Below are positions 62,291 to 64,000 of a stretch of DNA of 64,000 bases, one piece after another. Within the stretch, counting starts at the first letter, position 1, and every line of letters begins with the position of its first letter. The DNA is taken from the NCBI GenBank assembly GCA_023458755.1, contig JAEWYE010000058.1, positions 7,505 through 71,504 on the forward strand, written 5' to 3'. The notes below the pieces were generated by a model. The model was not told the DNA's origin and made no database searches. It saw only the letters and a program-made list of their open reading frames with translations. A program made the translations under genes and the position numbers. This DNA is from Bacillota bacterium (GTDB taxonomy: Bacteria > Bacillota > Clostridia > Oscillospirales > Acutalibacteraceae).

Positions 62291-64000
62291 ATGTTTTTGA
62301 AAAATAAAGAAAACAAGCTTCTTTCATCTCAAATTACAGACTCAGCTATTGATGCCCCAAAACTTAAACGCTACAAAACTATCGGTAAAAAAGAGATTAT
62401 TATATTGTTTTTAATATTTATTGCATGTGTTTTGGGGTCACTTTTTGTATATAAAACTGCGGTTAAACCTGCAAGTCAAGGCATTTATGCGGTGCCTTTG
62501 CAGAACAGTATGGACTCAATAATCCAAATTAAATCAGATAGCAATATTCAACAAAAATTTATTTATGATGGTGAAATAGCTGGAATTCAATTATATTTTA
62601 CGACTTCTGGAAATTCAAATGATCATGGGAGTATTATAGTACAATTATGGGAGACAGAAACAAATAATAAACTAGGAGAAGCTGAAGTAGCTTTATCCAA
62701 TATCGCAGATCGACAACCAGTGTCTTTCCGATTTAATCAATTTATTTCATGCAGATCTGGAGAAAAATATAAACTTATTGTGAAACCTAGAAATGATTTC
62801 GATAGTAATTGCTCTTTAGCGATATGCTACAATAGTTTTATTGATAATTCTGTTAATAATTTGTCGAACCTTTATTTTAATGGAAAACTATCCAATGGTT
62901 CAATTGCATTGACATTATTACATACAAATATATTTATTATCAAATTTTTCATATTGTTTTCAGTCCTAGTAACTTTGTTCTTTTTATTTAGTTATTATAT
63001 TTTGTTTATTCTAAAAACAAAAACCCAACTTATATTTTTGCTTATTGCATTTTCGCTAGGGGGGTTATATTTATTTATTCTTCCTCCAATATCTGCACCG
63101 GATGAAGATACACACTTTGCAACGACATATGAATATAGCAATCATTTTTATGGATATTTTGTGGATCCCCAAAAAGATGTAATTCCAGAAACGGTTAATG
63201 CACATACTTTGGTAAATGGTGAGGAACATGTGCATGCCCATTACCAAATTGCTGCGCGAGAAACGGATGCTGTAGCATACTCAAAATTGCTCAAATACCC
63301 TGGGATTGGACAATACAGAATTATAGAAGAAGGAATGTTTCAAAATGCTGGTAATCAAAATCAGATAAATGGGGAAATCCAAGAGTGCGTGTTAAGTGTT
63401 TCACCTATTGCTTATGCTCCAGGCATATTAGGGGTGCTAATTGCAAGACTTCTTGGACTAGGCGGGATACAATTAATATTGTTAGGTCGTTTTTTTAATT
63501 TGGGCTTTTATATTTTGCTTGCTTATTTTGCAGTGAAAATAATTCCCTTTGGAAAGGTGACTCTTTGTTCAATCGCTCTTTTCCCAATGATGTTACATCT
63601 TGCGGCATCTTTTTCTTATGATGCGGTACTAAATGGCAGTGCATTTTTATTCATAGCATTAGTTTTGAGTTTGGCCTATGGCAAGCCTATGTGTTGGTAC
63701 GATGTAGCTGTTTTAATTTACTGTGCGATGGTTTTTGGTTCAATAAAAGCTATATATATGGTGTTATTACTTTTAGTTTTAATTATTCCATTGGAAAATA
63801 AATTTTTCAAGAAAAAAGGAATTGTAATATTCATTACATTATTGGTTATAGCGATATCTACTTTTGTAATTAGCACTTTAGGAAATATACTAACTAAGAA
63901 TTCAAATTTAGTATCAGTTGGAGAAAAATACACGTACGGATATATGGTAAAACATCCAATATGGTTTGTATTCATTTGCGTAAAATCTTTTATTAGTTCA
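62291..64000 (+). CDS. Large polytopic membrane protein, DUF2142/GT-C-like; 3' end runs off the window
   Basis: Open frame from ATG 62291 to the window edge, missing from the ORF track for lack of a stop. N-terminal TM, a ~150-aa extracytoplasmic domain, then many TM helices with PPISAPDEDTHF (a PDExxH-like motif). Confidence 0.55.
   Translation, partial: MFLKNKENKLLSSQITDSAIDAPKLKRYKTIGKKEIIILFLIFIACVLGSLFVYKTAVKPASQGIYAVPLQNSMDSIIQIKSDSNIQQKFIYDGEIAGIQLYFTTSGNSNDHGSIIVQLWETETNNKLGEAEVALSNIADRQPVSFRFNQFISCRSGEKYKLIVKPRNDFDSNCSLAICYNSFIDNSVNNLSNLYFNGKLSNGSIALTLLHTNIFIIKFFILFSVLVTLFFLFSYYILFILKTKTQLIFLLIAFSLGGLYLFILPPISAPDEDTHFATTYEYSNHFYGYFVDPQKDVIPETVNAHTLVNGEEHVHAHYQIAARETDAVAYSKLLKYPGIGQYRIIEEGMFQNAGNQNQINGEIQECVLSVSPIAYAPGILGVLIARLLGLGGIQLILLGRFFNLGFYILLAYFAVKIIPFGKVTLCSIALFPMMLHLAASFSYDAVLNGSAFLFIALVLSLAYGKPMCWYDVAVLIYCAMVFGSIKAIYMVLLLLVLIIPLENKFFKKKGIVIFITLLVIAISTFVISTLGNILTKNSNLVSVGEKYTYGYMVKHPIWFVFICVKSFISS

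Overview
This 64 kb window is a chromosomal segment from a sporulating Firmicutes/Clostridia genome, likely Oscillospiraceae/Ruminococcaceae-like, with about 48% GC. Supporting signs are spoIIID, a Cheo-type LexA regulon, a dockerin-like module and Gram-positive lipoprotein signal peptides. The first ~37 kb carries mostly housekeeping genes: two Fe-type alcohol dehydrogenases, an LDH-family dehydrogenase next to a malic enzyme, cobO, an FHA-fused FtsW/RodA (SEDS) paired with a PBP, pdxK, galT, rlmD, a P2-type cation ATPase followed by two TrkA/RCK genes, a NifS-TtcA-like pair, flotillin, lexA and spoIIID. The last ~26 kb is a carbohydrate-utilisation island. It holds a YesM/YesN-type two-component system, two sugar ABC importers, two tandem FAD-dependent oxidoreductase paralogs, a GH2 beta-galactosidase, an MCP, a GH77 4-alpha-glucanotransferase, a LacI regulator and two paralogous GT-C-like membrane proteins. 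No rRNA, tRNA or CRISPR array was found. Observations worth follow-up: (1) a ~103-nt imperfect-palindrome element present three times in the same orientation, with base-pair-preserving compensatory substitutions, suggesting a structured RNA or MITE/REP-like repeat; (2) an IS200/IS605 left-end hairpin plus truncated tnpA fused to a GH13 (neopullulanase-like) gene fragment; (3) a duplicated, diverged membrane-protein gene that includes its 5' region; (4) an LDH-family enzyme carrying Arg at the Gln102 specificity position; (5) candidate Rex, LexA, cre and direct-repeat operators.
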